NCBI GenBank assembly: GCA_010909165.1 | Contig: MU008170.1 | Coordinates: forward strand, 1,178,001 to 1,242,000 | Length of the DNA: 64,000 bases | Direction of reading: 5' to 3' | Origin: Anthoceros angustus | Taxonomy: Eukaryota > Plantae > Anthocerotophyta | Shown: positions 63,534-64,000 of the stretch, piece after piece | Numbering within the stretch: position 1 is the stretch's first letter | How the letters are laid out: the number at the start of each line of letters is the position of its first letter | Position numbers and translations under genes: made by a program | Notes under the pieces: model-generated | Databases searched by the model: none | Seen by the model: the letters and a program-made list of their open reading frames with translations, nothing else | Told to the model about the DNA's origin: nothing

Positions 63534-64000
63534 TGTGTGAGGGTGGACTCTTGGTGGGACAGGTGAGGTCCACATTTACCCTCAATGTGCTTGTAGTCAC
63601 GGGGATTCGCTCCCAAGGGAATGGTTTGTGCCAAAGGCGCTATCTTCTATCGCTTCTCAACCCTAAGCACTTGGACCGCTACTCCTCGCACCTATCTACT
63701 CAACTCGACTACCTCTGTCTTATCCAACTACCACGGATCTAACTTCCGACCCGTTCCTTCTACGCGGTGAGTCCGCATTACTCGGTAGTGGTGCGACCAG
63801 GTGGGTCCCACGCCAAACCCTAGCTGATTGGCGGCCGCATCTCGGGTCACGGGTTGTCCTCAAATGCGGATAGTCTCTACCCACACTTATAACCCCCGAT
63901 TCCTGACACTAGTTCCTAGGAACCACTCTACCTCAATCCACACACATACACACACACACAAGGGTACCGCACCACTTATTTCCTCCGAAACACGTTTCCA
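63534..64000 (-). repeat. 3' end of another family A LTR (reverse orientation, runs off the window)
   Basis: Reverse complement of GGCACAAACCATTCCCTTGGGAGCGAATCC..GAGGGTAAATGTGGACCTCAC and CTAGGGTTTGG.GGGACCCACC, with a (CA)n tract at ~63940-63960. Confidence 0.85.

Noticed and set aside
1-64000. tRNA, rRNA or intact host protein-coding genes
   Set aside because: None recognised. tRNA-complementary motifs are PBS elements only, and both CAF1 copies are frameshifted as read.

Overview
Repeat-saturated eukaryotic DNA, most likely heterochromatin of a large-genome non-seed land plant (inferred from a PLS-type PPR relic and the TE families). No intact host gene, rRNA, tRNA or CRISPR array is supportable. 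The window is a nest of transposons. (1) A Ty3/gypsy pol relic with a C5 cytosine DNA-methyltransferase domain just upstream of RT (2.2-3.9 kb). (2) A near full-length Athila/Tat-type gypsy element (5.7-22.7 kb) whose ~4 kb LTRs appear to encode a conserved protein, plus a TSD-flanked solo LTR (35675-41488) and a fragment at the right edge. (3) A scrambled Ty1/copia relic present twice (23.7-28.4 kb, 50.3-55.8 kb), each copy next to a diverged, AT-rich CAF1/POP2 deadenylase ORF that lies just upstream of a purine tract and an LTR start; the two CAF1 copies face opposite ways. (4) A 6.1 kb CACTA-like non-autonomous element with CCCTA termini, filled by a higher-order (GAG)n polypurine array. 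(5) Two hAT-like non-autonomous elements and a MITE. Single-base indels are frequent everywhere and there are at least six local tandem duplications, so some frameshifts and duplications may be sequencing or assembly artefacts. All protein calls come from motif recognition by eye, not database searches, and internal boundaries are approximate unless a TSD or TG..CA end is quoted.
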